Part shown: positions 49,701-63,819 of the stretch, piece after piece
Layout: the number at the start of each line of letters is the position of its first letter
How positions within the stretch are numbered: the first letter of the stretch is position 1
Assembly (NCBI GenBank): GCA_032718475.1
Contig: JAUCBJ010007768.1
Span: 29,104-93,103 of the forward strand
Length of the DNA: 64,000 bases
Source: Nemertoderma westbladi
Taxonomy: Eukaryota; Animalia; Xenacoelomorpha
Direction of reading: 5' to 3'
The notes under the pieces: model-generated
What the model was told of the DNA's origin: nothing
Seen by the model: the letters and a program-made list of their open reading frames with translations, nothing else
Databases searched by the model: none
Translations under genes and position numbers: made by a program

Positions 49701-52700
49701 TCAGTACTGTAATAATGTGCAGCTATCACTCAGTACTGTAATAATGTGCAGCTATCACTCAGTACTGTAATAATGTGCAGCTATCACTCAGTACTGTAAT
49801 AATGTGCAGCTATCACTCAGTACTGTAATAATGTGCAGCTATCACTCAGTACTGTAATAATGTGCAGCTATCACTCAGTACTGTAATAATGTGCAGCTAT
49901 CACTCAGTACTGTAATAATGTGCAGCTATCACTCAGTACTGTAATAATGTGCAGCTATCACTCAGTACTGTAATAATGTGCAGCTATCACTCAGTACTGT
50001 AATAATGTGCAGCTATCACTCAGTACTGTAATAATGTGCAGCTATCACTCAGTACTGTAATAATGTGCAGCTATCACTCAGTACTGTAATAATGTGCAGC
50101 TATCACTCAGTACTGTAATAATGTGCAGCTATCACTCAGTACTGTAATAATGTGCAGCTATCACTCAGTACTGTAATAATGTGCAGCTATCACTCAGTAC
50201 TGTAATAATGTGCAGCTATCACTCAGTACTGTAATAATGTGCAGCTATCACTCAGTACTGTAATAATGTGCAGCTATCACTCAGTACTGTAATAATGTGC
50301 AGCTATCACTCAGTACTGTAATAATGTGCAGCTATCACTCAGTACTGTAATAATGTGCAGCTATCACTCAGTACTGTAATAATGTGCAGCTATCACTCAG
50401 TACTGTAATAATGTGCAGCTATCACTCAGTACTGTAATAATGTGCAGCTATCACTCAGTACTGTAATAATGTGCAGCTATCACTCAGTACTGTAATAATG
50501 TGCAGCTATCACTCAGTACTGTAATAATGTGCAGCTATCACTCAGTACTGTAATAATGTGCAGCTATCACTCAGTACTGTAATAATGTGCAGCTATCACT
50601 CAGTACTGTAATAATGTGCAGCTATCACTCAGTACTGTAATAATGTGCAGCTATCACTCAGTACTGTAATAATGTGCAGCTATCACTCAGTACTGTAATA
50701 ATGTGCAGCTATCACTCAGTACTGTAATAATGTGCAGCTATCACTCAGTACTGTAATAATGTGCAGCTATCACTCAGTACTGTAATAATGTGCAGCTATC
50801 ACTCAGTACTGTAATAATGTGCAGCTATCACTCAGTACTGTAATAATGTGCAGCTATCACTCAGTACTGTAATAATGTGCAGCTATCACTCAGTACTGTA
50901 ATAATGTGCAGCTATCACTCAGTACTGTAATAATGTGCAGCTATCACTCAGTACTGTAATAATGTGCAGCTATCACTCAGTACTGTAATAATGTGCAGCT
51001 ATCACTCAGTACTGTAATAATGTGCAGCTATCACTCAGTACTGTAATAATGTGCAGCTATCACTCAGTACTGTAATAATGTGCAGCTATCACTCAGTACT
51101 GTAATAATGTGCAGCTATCACTCAGTACTGTAATAATGTGCAGCTATCACTCAGTACTGTAATAATGTGCAGCTATCACTCAGTACTGTAATAATGTGCA
51201 GCTATCACTCAGTACTGTAATAATGTGCAGCTATCACTCAGTACTGTAATAATGTGCAGCTATCACTCAGTACTGTAATAATGTGCAGCTATCACTCAGT
51301 ACTGTAATAATGTGCAGCTATCACTCAGTACTGTAATAATGTGCAGCTATCACTCAGTACTGTAATAATGTGCAGCTATCACTCAGTACTGTAATAATGT
51401 GCAGCTATCACTCAGTACTGTAATAATGTGCAGCTATCACTCAGTACTGTAATAATGTGCAGCTATCACTCAGTACTGTAATAATGTGCAGCTATCACTC
51501 AGTACTGTAATAATGTGCAGCTATCACTCAGTACTGTAATAATGTGCAGCTATCACTCAGTACTGTAATAATGTGCAGCTATCACTCAGTACTGTAATAA
51601 TGTGCAGCTATCACTCAGTACTGTAATAATGTGCAGCTATCACTCAGTACTGTAATAATGTGCAGCTATCACTCAGTACTGTAATAATGTGCAGCTATCA
51701 CTCAGTACTGTAATAATGTGCAGCTATCACTCAGTACTGTAATAATGTGCAGCTATCACTCAGTACTGTAATAATGTGCAGCTATCACTCAGTACTGTAA
51801 TAATGTGCAGCTATCACTCAGTACTGTAATAATGTGCAGCTATCACTCAGTACTGTAATAATGTGCAGCTATCACTCAGTACTGTAATAATGTGCAGCTA
51901 TCACTCAGTACTGTAATAATGTGCAGCTATCACTCAGTACTGTAATAATGTGCAGCTATCACTCAGTACTGTAATAATGTGCAGCTATCACTCAGTACTG
52001 TAATAATGTGCAGCTATCACTCAGTACTGTAATAATGTGCAGCTATCACTCAGTACTGTAATAATGTGCAGCTATCACTCAGTACTGTAATAATGTGCAG
52101 CTATCACTCAGTACTGTAATAATGTGCAGCTATCACTCAGTACTGTAATAATGTGCAGCTATCACTCAGTACTGTAATAATGTGCAGCTATCACTCAGTA
52201 CTGTAATAATGTGCAGCTATCACTCAGTACTGTAATAATGTGCAGCTATCACTCAGTACTGTAATAATGTGCAGCTATCACTCAGTACTGTAATAATGTG
52301 CAGCTATCACTCAGTACTGTAATAATGTGCAGCTATCACTCAGTACTGTAATAATGTGCAGCTATCACTCAGTACTGTAATAATGTGCAGCTATCACTCA
52401 GTACTGTAATAATGTGCAGCTATCACTCAGTACTGTAATAATGTGCAGCTATCACTCAGTACTGTAATAATGTGCAGCTATCACTCAGTACTGTAATAAT
52501 GTGCAGCTATCACTCAGTACTGTAATAATGTGCAGCTATCACTCAGTACTGTAATAATGTGCAGCTATCACTCAGTACTGTAATAATGTGCAGCTATCAC
52601 TCAGTACTGTAATAATGTGCAGCTATCACTCAGTACTGTAATAATGTGCAGCTATCACTCAGTACTGTAATAATGTGCAGCTATCATCAGTACTGTAATA

Positions 52701-53080
52701 ATGTGCAGCTATCACTCAGTACTGTAATAATGTGCAGCTATCACTCAGTACTGTAATAATGTGCAGCTATCACTCAGTACTGTAATAATGTGCAGCTATC
52801 ACTCAGTACTGTAATAATGTGCAGCTATCACTCAGTACTGTAATAATGTGCAGCTATCACTCAGTACTGTAATAATGTGCAGCTATCACTCAGTACTGTA
52901 ATAATGTGCAGCTATCACTCAGTACTGTAATAATGTGTAGCTATCATTCAGTACTGTAATAATGTGCAGCTATCACTCAGTACTGTAATAATGTGCAGCT
53001 ATCACTCAGTACTGTAATCAGTACTATCACTGCAGCTATCACTCAGTACAGTAATCAGTAATACTGTAACTCAGTACTCT
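46711..53080. repeat. 29-bp satellite array (~220 copies), extremely homogeneous
   Basis: (CAGTACTGTAATAATGTGCAGCTATCACT)n; variants seen only near the edges. Confidence 0.99.
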
Positions 53081-53793
53081 GAAGAAAAACGTATGGTTGA
53101 CAGGATCAGAGATGTTACTTTTAGAGAGGATCGTGATTCTGTGGCATAATCAAACTGAACTCAAACCAAAACGCCCTTTTAAGGGCCAACAACCTTTGCC
53201 ACTATCGAGGAGCTCCCCGTGCTGTAAAGAGCAAACATGGCTGTAAAGCTGATGACTAACGCTGGATAAATTATATTTTTTTAAATTGTGATTAAATAAA
53301 AAAAACGAAAAGTAAGATTGGTTTAAAGAATAGCCTATAACATTGTTATACTTTTGTATTGGACCCTAAATTTTTGCATAAGCTCAGAATTAAGTTATCT
53401 TTCAAATGGTATATTATACTAAGGTGCATGTCTGGCAGTTTTGCCTGGCCAGGGGGGGGGGGGGATCATTAGGGAACACCCGGTACTTTAAATTGTAATT
53501 TATATCACAATGAATAAAGTCCGTGAGACCAAACTTTACAGGTTATATAATAACCAGTTTACTGTTAATTCGGTGAAACTAAACGACAGTTTTACAGTTT
53601 GGGAAGCAAAATATAAAAAAAACAGGTGGAAACAATTATTTTTGAAACATCAAATCGACACAAAATACCATAAAAGGGCTGAGTAAATAAAATTACTAGC
53701 TGAATACTTTTTACTAAAAATAATAGAAACTGCTATCAGTTTAGGTATAAACAATTAAAATAATTGTTAATTTTCTTAATTTTTCGCTTAAAA

Positions 53794-54801
53794 CCCTTTG
53801 AGCCCTAAGGACGTATATATACGTCCTCAACAGTGTCCTAAGGACGTATATATACGTCCTGTTGTTAATGGCTGCCAATGGGGATGATTCAAGTTTAGGT
53901 TATTCTAGCAGTGTTTATCCATCGCTTAGGACACTATACTACCCGTTTTAGTTAAAAAAGTGATCTGGAGTTTGAGTTAGAGGTTGGAATTCAACCAATC
54001 AGTGATGAGCTCCTTTTCAGAGAAAGCAGGCTGCTTATTGAAAGCAGATTGATTGTACCTTGTACAGTATGATATGGCAGAGGTTTGAATGAGTAGCCCT
54101 TGAGAATTCCAACCAATCAGAGTTTATTTCCCTGTCAAGCTTTCCACTGTAATAATCTACTTTGTAATAATAAATAATACATGACATGACTGAAAAGTGA
54201 AAAGTGAAAACCTGGTATTCTTCATATTGGTGAATTACGTAATTGTATTTCGTAAATAGAATAATGGGAATGATGATTGTTCCTGTACTAGCATCCTGGT
54301 GGATTATTGTGGTAATTCTGCAATAATGAAGCTATATTGCATTTTGGTATTACAATAATTATTCATTTATACTGTATTTTTTATCATTCATTTACAGTTT
54401 ATATCCAGGGCTCTGCCTTGATAAATGCTTTGCAGATTATCATAAATAAGTCATATAGATTATACCGATACCATAAATAGACCATGAAATATAATAATAT
54501 ATATGATATAGTTCAGAAAAATAAATATTTTTTTCATTTTTTAATTTTCAAAAAATTTTTTTTTTTAATTAAAAAAAAATTTTTAATTAAAATTTTTTTT
54601 ATTATTTTTAAAAATTTAATTTTTTTAAATTAAAAAAATATGAAGAATATCAATCATGACACCTTTTAAGATAAAAGTCAAATCATTTTAAAAATGTGTC
54701 ATAACTTCTAGATGATTGGCATTGCCGTAAATATGTTTTAAAGTTTGCTTAATTTTTAGGTTCTGGGGGGCTATTTAAAAAAGGGCCTAGTAACCAAAGG
54801 G
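53794..54801. mobile_element. piggyBac-like non-autonomous element
   Basis: CCCTTTG...CAAAGGG termini, TTAA on the right and TTAAAA on the left, twin subterminal palindromes AGGACGTATATATACGTCCT. Confidence 0.7.
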
Positions 54802-55650
54802 TTAATACTTATTGAGCTATTAATTACTGTTACCTGGAAATATATTCTCAGAAATTTATAATCTTCACAAAACACAACAAAAATAAACTTAATTACTCAT
54901 CCAAAGAGTTGTGTTAACCATCCCTCGGAATTTCATTCGAACTTTCCGACGGCTATAGATGTTCAAAATTAGTAATTTTTATAGATTTCCTGGGCAAAAA
55001 ATGAGAAAATAACGAAGACCAATTTATTATATAATAAGATAAGAATAATTCTACATTTATTCAGTTGCTAAAGAATCGCCACCGAAACTAAACAATTTTT
55101 ACACCAAAAAGATTCATCATCAGTCGATTGGTAATGTAAACAACTTAGTAACGGAAACTAATTGATGCAAAGTAGGGCCACTTTAAATTCTTCTCACATC
55201 TACGTGGCTGTTTTATCAATATCACAAAATTTATATCGAATTAAATAGTTAATAAATTTTATAAAAAGTTAAATATCGGTCACTTTGTGATATTATTATT
55301 TTATCGCAAGATGGAAGTAAAGACGCAAAATTATTGAAACTTAGTAAATAATAACCAATTCCTCGTCGCTCAAGATACGATCGATCGCACACATTAATTA
55401 CATACAATAATGAAAATTACGTTAAATTATATTTTTTTTGACAATTAAATATTAAATTACATTTCTATTTACAAAGTTGGAGGGATTAAACTGAGACGTC
55501 TAAACTACAAAAACGAGAAGGACGAATGTTAAAAGGGAACCTGGATGAGTTCGAGTTCAAACCAGTTAAGTATCTATGGCGTCGCGGTACAGTTGCCTTG
55601 GTTACCACCGCGAGTTGTTAAATTATAATAAAGCTCAATTACTTAATTAC

Positions 55651-56432
55651 CTATTAATGGTTGAATTGCCAGTGGAGACTTGGTTTATAATAACGCCACG
55701 TGGCGCAATAGAGACGGGTTGAGCTGCGTGTGGCGCGCCGGGGTAACTGGGACCCTCGACCTTACCTTGAGTCATAACGCCGGTCGTCGTGGCCACAGGG
55801 AACGAGTACGGTACCTCCAAACGAGCCGAACCCTCGCTCGGTTCCGTCTTGGTTCGCTTCCCCCCGCCGACTGTCTCTATAGCGACGGTGCGTTTCGTGG
55901 GGACCCGCTGGGCGGCTTCGATGTCCGGGGGCATGACGTCACCGGAAGGAGGTATGACGTCACCGGAAGGTTGGATTACGTCATCTGAAGGTTGTACTAG
56001 ACTGGTCGGGGGAACGTAGGTAGTGCGACGCGCTTCTGTCAAAAGTAAATCGTCTGGTTGCGTGGCAACGTTCATTCTGGAATGTTGAGGAATCTGAGCA
56101 GTAGGAAACACCTTGTTGGCTGTGAACGCGGGTGTAAGAGGCGGCGCAGGGGGAGCCGTTGATTGGCTGCGCGCCGCCGACACCATGGACGGCGCCAACC
56201 CCGCCGCCACAGCAGCCGCAGCCGCCTCCATTTCCTCTTCCATCTCCCGGGACGCCTCGATATCGTCCTCCTCTACGTCTTCGTCTACGACCTCGTCCTC
56301 GGGTTTGACCTCCTCTCCGTTCACGGCTTCCTCCGTGGGTTGGTTCTTTACGAGTCGAGCCGAGATGGGCGAGCCGAGGATTAGTTGCGAGTGGAGGTGA
56401 TCCTCAGGGAGGTCGAGCCCCAAACCGGCGTA
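55651..56432 (-). CDS. Large GC-rich internal exon of an unidentified host gene (acidic, Ala/Pro-rich, disordered)
   Basis: TTTTACTTTCAG acceptor (56435-56433), GTAATT donor (55650), open 260-codon frame with sharp GC contrast to the flanks. Confidence 0.7.
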
Positions 56433-56571
56433 CTGAAAGTAAAACACAAGACTATTTTATTAGGCATAAATTACTTTACGTTTCAGAAAAAAGTAGTTGT
56501 TATTATGTTCGTCGATGACACGAATTTGAGCCTAATTATATTATAATAAACCGTGTTTATATTATTGAACG

Positions 56572-56713
56572 GCGGGGGGTAGCTCAGTTGGTTGAGCGCC
56601 GGGCCTGTAATCTATTGGTTGTAGGTTCAGCCCCGCCAGGGTTGGTACACACAGCCTTTCACCCACTGGGGTCGATAAAATGAGTACCAGTTAAATAACT
56701 GGGAGCAAATCTT
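56572..56713 (+). mobile_element. tRNA-derived SINE with Deu/Nin-like core
   Basis: TAGCTCAGTTGG A box, GGTTCAGCCC B-like box, then CAGCCTTTCACCC...GGTCGATAAAATGAGTACCAG. Confidence 0.75.
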
Positions 56714-57160
56714 GGGATAGGAGTAGCGCCCACCCCTACCTTCGGGTAGCAGATAGGAGTAGCGCCCACCCCCTACCTTCGGGTAGCAGATAGTAGTAGC
56801 TTCTACCCCAACCTTCGTGTAGCAGATAGGAGTAGCTCTCACCCCTACCTTCGGGTAGCAGATAGTAGTAGCGCCCACCCCTACCTCCGGGTAGTAGATA
56901 GTTGTAGCGCCCACCCCCTACCTTCGGGTAGCAGATAGTAGTAGCGCCCACCCCTACCTTCGTGTAGCAGATAGGAGTAGCTCCCACCCCTACCTTCGGG
57001 TAGCAGATAGTAGTAGCGCCCACCCCTACCTTCGGGTAGCAGATAGGAGGAGTAGCGCCCACCCCTACCTTCGGGTAGCAGATAGGAGTAGCGCCCACCC
57101 CTACCTTCGGGTAGCAGATAGTAGTAGCGCCCACCCCAACCTTCGGGTAGCAGATAGGAG
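56714..57160. repeat. ~36-bp minisatellite (GTAGCAGATAGGAGTAGCGCCCACCCCTACCTTCGG)n, ~12 copies
   Basis: Directly visible; sits between the SINE core and the RTE tail. Confidence 0.93.
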
Positions 57161-58800
57161 TACTACTACTAGGATCGGCATGCTGCATTGCAGCTGCATT
57201 TTTAAGAATGCTGTGCCGGCTTATCGACAAAATTGCACCGCCACAACTCCCTATCACCCATGACATTTGCTAGATCATCCGTATCTTCAAGGCCAGTGTC
57301 CTTTAAGATGCGTCTCAAGAAAGTCATGGGCTGTCCACCATGCTTATTCACTCCATGAGGCTGCCAAAGTACAAGATTATGCACTGGCTGGTCCTCACGG
57401 CGAAAGCAATGTCCTGCAAAGCGGAGGCGATTTTGTTCTAGTAGTCAAGCTTGGGGGAACCAATGAGACACCTCCAATGTTATATAGTGTCTGGTTGGAG
57501 ATGTGTGCATTGTACTTGACACAATGAACCCGGCGTAGCATTCTTGTGAATGTGCATCCAGAGATTTGGTGTCCTCAGCAGTTAGACCCCAGCATGGACT
57601 TCCATAGAGGAGTACTGGAACTACTGCTGCTCTAAATAATCGGACCTTAAGTTTCCGATTAATTCTTGGTGACTTCCAAATCCTGGAAAGCCTATTCAAG
57701 GCTGCCCATGCCTTTCCCTTACGTATTCGAAGGTCCTCACCTGACTTCCGGATCCATGATCCCAGGTAACAGAAGTCATCCACATGCTCAAGCATACCAT
57801 CTTTTGAGCTTATGCTCATCCGATCAGAGACTTGCTGAGGACTTTCAAAGTTAACTGTCAAAATTTCGGTCTTTCTGGAGGTAATAAAAAGACCAACACT
57901 AGAAGCAGCATGCTCTAATGAGCTGAGGAGCCGTTGGGCTCCCTCTAGGGTTTCTGAGAGTGTTCCTAAGTCAGCAGCAAAGTCTAGATCAGTTAGGTAC
58001 TTGGCAGGATTTCCTCGACTTCTGGAGCCAGTAGGTGGGACCATCACCCCATCATCATTATGATGATCTAAGGACATGCGTAGAACATAGTCAACTACAA
58101 TTATGGACAAGAATGGTGCAAGTGTGTCTCCCTGGAGGACGCCCCATAACACTTCAAATGGTTCTGTGTCACCGTCAACAGTAGACACAAATGTTGTTGA
58201 ACCATCGTATACTGATCTGATTGCTGCAATAATTTCATCAGGAATCCCATATATTGAAAGTATGCTGAACATACGTGAACGAGAGATTGAATCAAAGTCA
58301 TCAAAGATAACAGCCAGATGCCTGTCTTTCTTTTTTGTTAACTCTTCAATTATCCTTCTAAGTGCCAAAATGGGCTCCATGGTCCCACGACCTTTACGGA
58401 ACCCATTCTAATTTCCACGGAGCAATCTCACTGGGATCCCTGATGCGATTTAATAGAATTCTATTGTATAGCTTTGCAGCAATCGAGATCAATGAGATTC
58501 CCCGAAAAGAACCATAGAGTGTTAGGTTGCCTTTCTTGGGAACTGGCACCAACTTATTTGTTTTAATTTCTTGTGGGACTCTTGTTGTTCGGTACATGTC
58601 TACTATGATGGGATAGATGAGCTTTAAACACTCAGGTATTTTAAAGACCTCAGGGGGGACACCATCTACTCCACTGGCACGATTGGTCTTAATGCTCTTT
58701 GCAGCAGCCTTCACTTCTGCAAAGGAGATATCACCAATGGGAATATCTGGGAGTACAGACTCAGACACTTTTACTTCTATAAAGTTATCAGGCATTTCTC
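57161..58800 (-). pseudogene. 5'-truncated, frameshifted RTE LINE with (TAG)n tail
   Basis: PVPKKGNL, GVLQGDTLAP, DLDFAAD (mutated FADD), YLGSWI, PVLLYGS. Confidence 0.9.
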
Positions 58801-59694
58801 CTGTGTTAGTGCCCGGAGGTACTTGGAGGCGTCTGACAACTGTTTGTTTACATCCGCCGCCTTCGCTTTCACGTACTCCTCCCTTTCCCCCACCACTTCA
58901 CGTACAATAAGCCTCTGTGCCTCGCGTGGTCGGGCCGTTCCGACCCCGATGGAATCGAGAGGTTCACAGATCCTCCTCGATGAATGGTAACTCCCCCGCA
59001 GGTCCTGTGGTTGGTATATTGCAAGGCCGCCGCCCTCCCTTACAGGAAGAGCGAGCAACTTCCTCTCGATTTCGCCTGGAGGGGCCCGTCTGGTCAGTGT
59101 AGGTATGAGGTGGTCCACTATGTATTTCTCCACGTTGTCCAAGTTATCTACGAAATGTGGGGTGGTTCGGGAGAGGTAAGTAGACTTTGACTGTAGACCA
59201 TTTATGAGGCAACTATATGCTGGATGGGGAGCAGTAACTGCGAACTCGTTTAATCGCGCCAATTGCTCACACAGTTTGTCAACACGCTCCAAATATGAAT
59301 TTATTGCATGCGTTCTCTGAACCAATAACTGATCCTAGTACCCTGTGACCATCAGTCAATTTTATGCCGGTTCCTGCAAATATCTTCTCAGCCTGCTCTC
59401 TGTGCTCGTCCTTTACAATCAGATAGGATTTTACCGGGTTGGGGAAGTAGCCATACCCTGGACCGATTTCATTGACCTTCTCCCAGTACTCTCTTAGCCT
59501 TATGAGTCCGCCGGCGACATTCCCATCGTCTGCGAACCATTTTTGGATGAGAGAACCACCCCTTCGATTGGCGTTTTGGTGGTCTCCACCGCATGGGTAG
59601 TCGTGGTCCGCCTGTCTGCCCCCTAGGTCTCCAACCGCACCCATTGTTTCCATGGACTGCTTGCCATCGTTCTCCACTGATACGGTATGTGCGG
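58801..59694 (-). pseudogene. CRE-clade-like non-LTR retrotransposon RT fragment
   Basis: WFADDG, GPGYGYFPNPVKSYLIVK, GHRVLGSVIGS, LALPVREGGGL; internally deleted and frameshifted. Confidence 0.75.
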
Positions 59695-62600
59695 GAGTAC
59701 TGTAATAAGTTGCAGCTATCACTCAGTACTGTAATAATGTGCAGCTATCACTCAGTACTGTAATAATGTGCAGCTATCACTCAGTACTGTAATAATGTGC
59801 AGCTATCACTCAGTACTGTAATAATGTGCAGTACTGTAAAAATGTGCAGCTATCACTCAGTACTGTAATAATGTGCAGTACTGTAAAAATGTGCAGCTAT
59901 CACTCAGTACTGTAATAATGTGCAGTACTGTAAAAATGTGCAGCTATCACTCAGTACTGTAATAATGTGCAGCTATCACTCAGTACTGTAATAATGTGCA
60001 GCTATCACTCAGTACTGTAATAATGTGCAGCTATCACTCAGTACTGTAATATTGTGCAGCTATCACTCAGTACTGTAATAATGTGCAGCTATCACTCTGT
60101 ACTGTAATAATGTGCAGCTATCACTCAGTACTGTAATAATGTGCAGCTATCACTCAGTACTGTAATAATGTGCAGCTATCATTCAGTACTGTAATAATAT
60201 GCAGCTATCATTCAGTACTGTAATAATGTGCAGCTATCACTCAGTACTGTAATAATGTGCAGCTATCACTCAGTACTGTAATAATGTGCAGCTATCACTC
60301 AGTACTGTAATAATGTGCAGCTATCACTCTGTACTGTAATAATGTGCAGCTATCACTCAGTACTGTAATAATGTGCAGCTATCACTCAGTACTGTAATAA
60401 TGTGCAGCTATCACTCAGTACTGTAATAATGTGCAGCTATCACTCAGTACTGTAATAATGTGCAGCTATCACTCAGTACTGTAATAATGTGCAGCTATCA
60501 CTCAGTACTGTAATAATGTGCAGCATCACTCAGTACTGTAATATTGTGCAGCTATCACTCAGTACTGTAATAATGTGCAGCTTTCACTCAGTACTGTAAT
60601 AATGTGCAGCTATCACTCAGTACTGTAATAATGTGCAGCTATCACTCAGTACTGTAATAATGTGCAGCTATCACTCAGAACTGTAATAATGTGCAGCTAT
60701 CACTCAGTACTGTAATAATGTGCAGCTATCACTCAGTACTGTAATAATGTGCAGCTATCACTCAGTACTGTAATAATGTGCAGCTATCACTCAGTACTGT
60801 AATAATGTGCAGCTATCACTCAGTACTGTAATAATGTGCAGCTATCACTCAGTACTGTAATATTGTGCAGCTATCACTCAGTACTGTAATAATGTGCAGC
60901 TATCATTCAGTACTGTAATAATGTGCAGCTATCACTCAGTACTGTAATAATGTGCAGCTATCACTCAGTACTGTAATAATGTGCAGCTATCACTCAGTAC
61001 TGTAATAATATGCAGCTATCACTCAGTACTGTAATAATGTGCAGCTATCACTCAGTACTGTAATAATGTGCAGCTATCACTCAGTACTGTAATAATGTGT
61101 AGCTATCATTCAGTACTGTACTAATGTGCAGCTATCACTCAGTACTGTAATAATGTGCAGCTATCACTCAGTACTGTAATAATGTGCAGCTATCATTCAG
61201 TACTGTAAAAATGTGCAGCTATCACTCAGTACTGTAATAATGTGTAGCTATCATTCAGTACTGTACTAATGTGCAGCTATCACTCAGTACTGTAATAATG
61301 TGCAGCTATCACTCAGTACTGTAATAATGTGCAGCTATCATTCAGTACTGTAATAATGTGCAGCTATCACTCAGTACTGTAATAATATGCAGCTATCACT
61401 CAGTACTGTAATAATGTGCAGCTATCACTCAGTACTGTAATAATGTGCAGCTATCACTCAGTACTGTAATAATGTGCAGCTATCATTCAGTACTGTAATA
61501 ATGTGCAGCTATCACTCAGTACTGTAATAATATGCAGCTATCACTCAGTACTGTAATAATGTGCAGCTATCACTCAGTACTGTAATAATGTGCAGCTATC
61601 ATTCAGTACTGTAATAATGTGCAGCTATCACTCAGTACTGTAATAATGTGCAGCTATCACTCAGTACTGTAATAATGTGCAGCTATCACTCAGTACTGTA
61701 ATAATGTGCAGCTATCACTCAGTACTGTAATAATGTGCAGCTATCACTCAGTACTGTAATAATGTGCAGCTATCACTCAGTACTGTAATAATGTGCAGCT
61801 ATCATTCAGTACTGTAATAATGTGCAGCTATCACTCAGTACTGTAATAATATGCAGCTATCACTCAGTACTGTAATAATGTGCAGCTATCACTCAGTACT
61901 GTAATAATGTGCAGCTATCACTCAGTACTGTAATAATGTGCAGCTATCACTCAGTACTGTAATAATGTGCAGCTATCACTCAGTACTGTAATAATGTGCA
62001 GCTATCACTCAGTACTGTAATAATGTGCAGCTATCACTCAGTACTGTAATAATGTGCAGCTATCATTCAGTACTGTAATAATGTGCAGCTATCACTCAGT
62101 ACTGTAATAATGTGCAGCTATCACTCAGTACTGTAATAATGTGCAGCTATCACTCAGTACTGTAATAATGTGCAGCTATCACTCAGTACTGTAATAATGT
62201 GCAGCTATCATTCAGTACTGTAATAATGTGCAGCTATCACTCAGTACTGTAATAATATGCAGCTATCACTCAGTACTGTAATAATGTGCAGCTATCACTC
62301 AGTACTGTAATAATGTGCAGCTATCACTCAGTACTGTAATAATGTGCAGCTATCACTCAGTACTGTAATAATGTGCAGCTATCACTCAGTACTGTAATAA
62401 TGTGCAGCTATCACTCAGTACTGTAATAATGTGCAGCTATCACTCAGTACTGTAATAATGTGCAGCTATCACTCAGTAATGTAATAATGTGCAGCTATCA
62501 CTCAGTACTGTAATATTGTGCAGCTATCACTCAGTACTGTAATAATGTGCAGCTATCACTCAGTACTGTAATAATGTGCAGCTATCACTCAGTACTGTAA

Positions 62601-62772
62601 TAATGTGCAGCTATCACTCAGTACTGTAATAATGTGCAGCTATCACTCAGTACTGTAATAATGTGCAGCTATCACTCAGTACTGTAATAAGTTGCAGCTA
62701 TCACTCAGTACTGTAATAATGTGCAGCTATCACTCAGTACTGTAATAATGTGCAGCTATCACTCAGTACTGT
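59695..62772. repeat. Second 29-bp satellite array (~105 copies), more variant units
   Basis: Same unit and orientation as 46711-53080; frequent CATT, ATAT and ATTG variants and shortened 19-bp units near 59820-59935. Confidence 0.99.
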
Positions 62773-62810
62773 TGTATTTATAAAACTATATGAAAAATTC
62801 ACCGTCCATT

Positions 62811-63440
62811 AGGGGTGCGACAGAGCTAAAATTTCATCCGGAGCCGGAGCCCGGAGGTTTCTCCGGGTTACAATATGAGCTCCGACCGGAGACGGAGCCG
62901 GAGCCGGAGGTTTGGTGATTGATAATTCAAGCAAACTGCAAACTGCTCATTTCCCTTAATTGATAATTGAGTAAGAATTTGCATCAAATCCCCCCCCCCC
63001 CTGTTTCATGAACGCATATCTGTCTATGTCTACTATAATAATACACTTGAATTATCAATCACCAAACCTCCGGCTCCGGCTCCGTCTCCGGCCGGAGCTC
63101 ATATTGTAACCCGGAGAAACCTCCGGGCTCCGGCTCCGGATGAAATTTTAGCTCTGTCGCATCCCTAGTAGATAGTAAAGTAGATAGCCGTCTAAGGATG
63201 CGACAGAGCTAAACTTTCATCCGGAGCCGGAGCCCGGAGGTTCCTCCGTGTTACAATATGAGCTCCGGCCGGAGCCAGAGCCGGAGCCGGAGATTTGGTG
63301 ATTGATAATTCAAGTGTATTATTATAGTAGACATAGACAGATATGCGTCCATTAAACAGGGGAGGGGGGTGGGGGGGGGTTTGATGCAAATTCTTACCGG
63401 TACTCAATTATCAATTAAGGGAAATGAGCAGTTTGCAGTC
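62811..63440. mobile_element. hAT-like MITE with ~115-bp TIRs (62811-63167) plus an inverted partial second copy (63193-63440)
   Basis: TAGGGGTGCGACAGAGCTAAAATTTCATCCGGAGCCGG... inverted at 63050-63167; no TSD found. Confidence 0.7.
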
Positions 63441-63750
63441 GCATGCTATTCTTTTCTAATCAAAACAATAAACTATATTCAATAGAACAGGTTACAATTA
63501 TATTTTTGGGAGTAATCAGCAGTTATTTGCGTCGATTTTCTCTTGGAGAGGAATGCATTTTGATTGCGTCCAAAGACTCCCTTATCTCATCTGGTGTTCA
63601 ATGGGCTAAAATATACTAATGTTTTAGACTTTTCAGTTCACACTCATTATACAAACTCTGTTATTTTTATATTTCTTACGACTAGGCTATCAGTAACTTC
63701 GGTTTGTTGTTAACTTATCATCGACACTATTTTATGGGACATTGTGTAAT

Positions 63751-63819
63751 TAATTTCCAGGAGTTGGTGCAGTATTCATTATAATATAATGAATACTGCA
63801 CTAACTCCTGGAAATTAAT
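63751..63819. repeat. ~70-bp near-perfect palindrome
   Basis: TAATTTCCAGGAGTTGGTGCAGTATTCATTATA / TATAATGAATACTGCACTAACTCCTGGAAATTA. Confidence 0.85.

Noticed and set aside
46711-53080. CRISPR-like 29-bp repeat (likewise the 28- and 33-bp arrays)
   Set aside because: Units are head-to-tail with no unique spacers, there are no cas genes, and the context is eukaryotic
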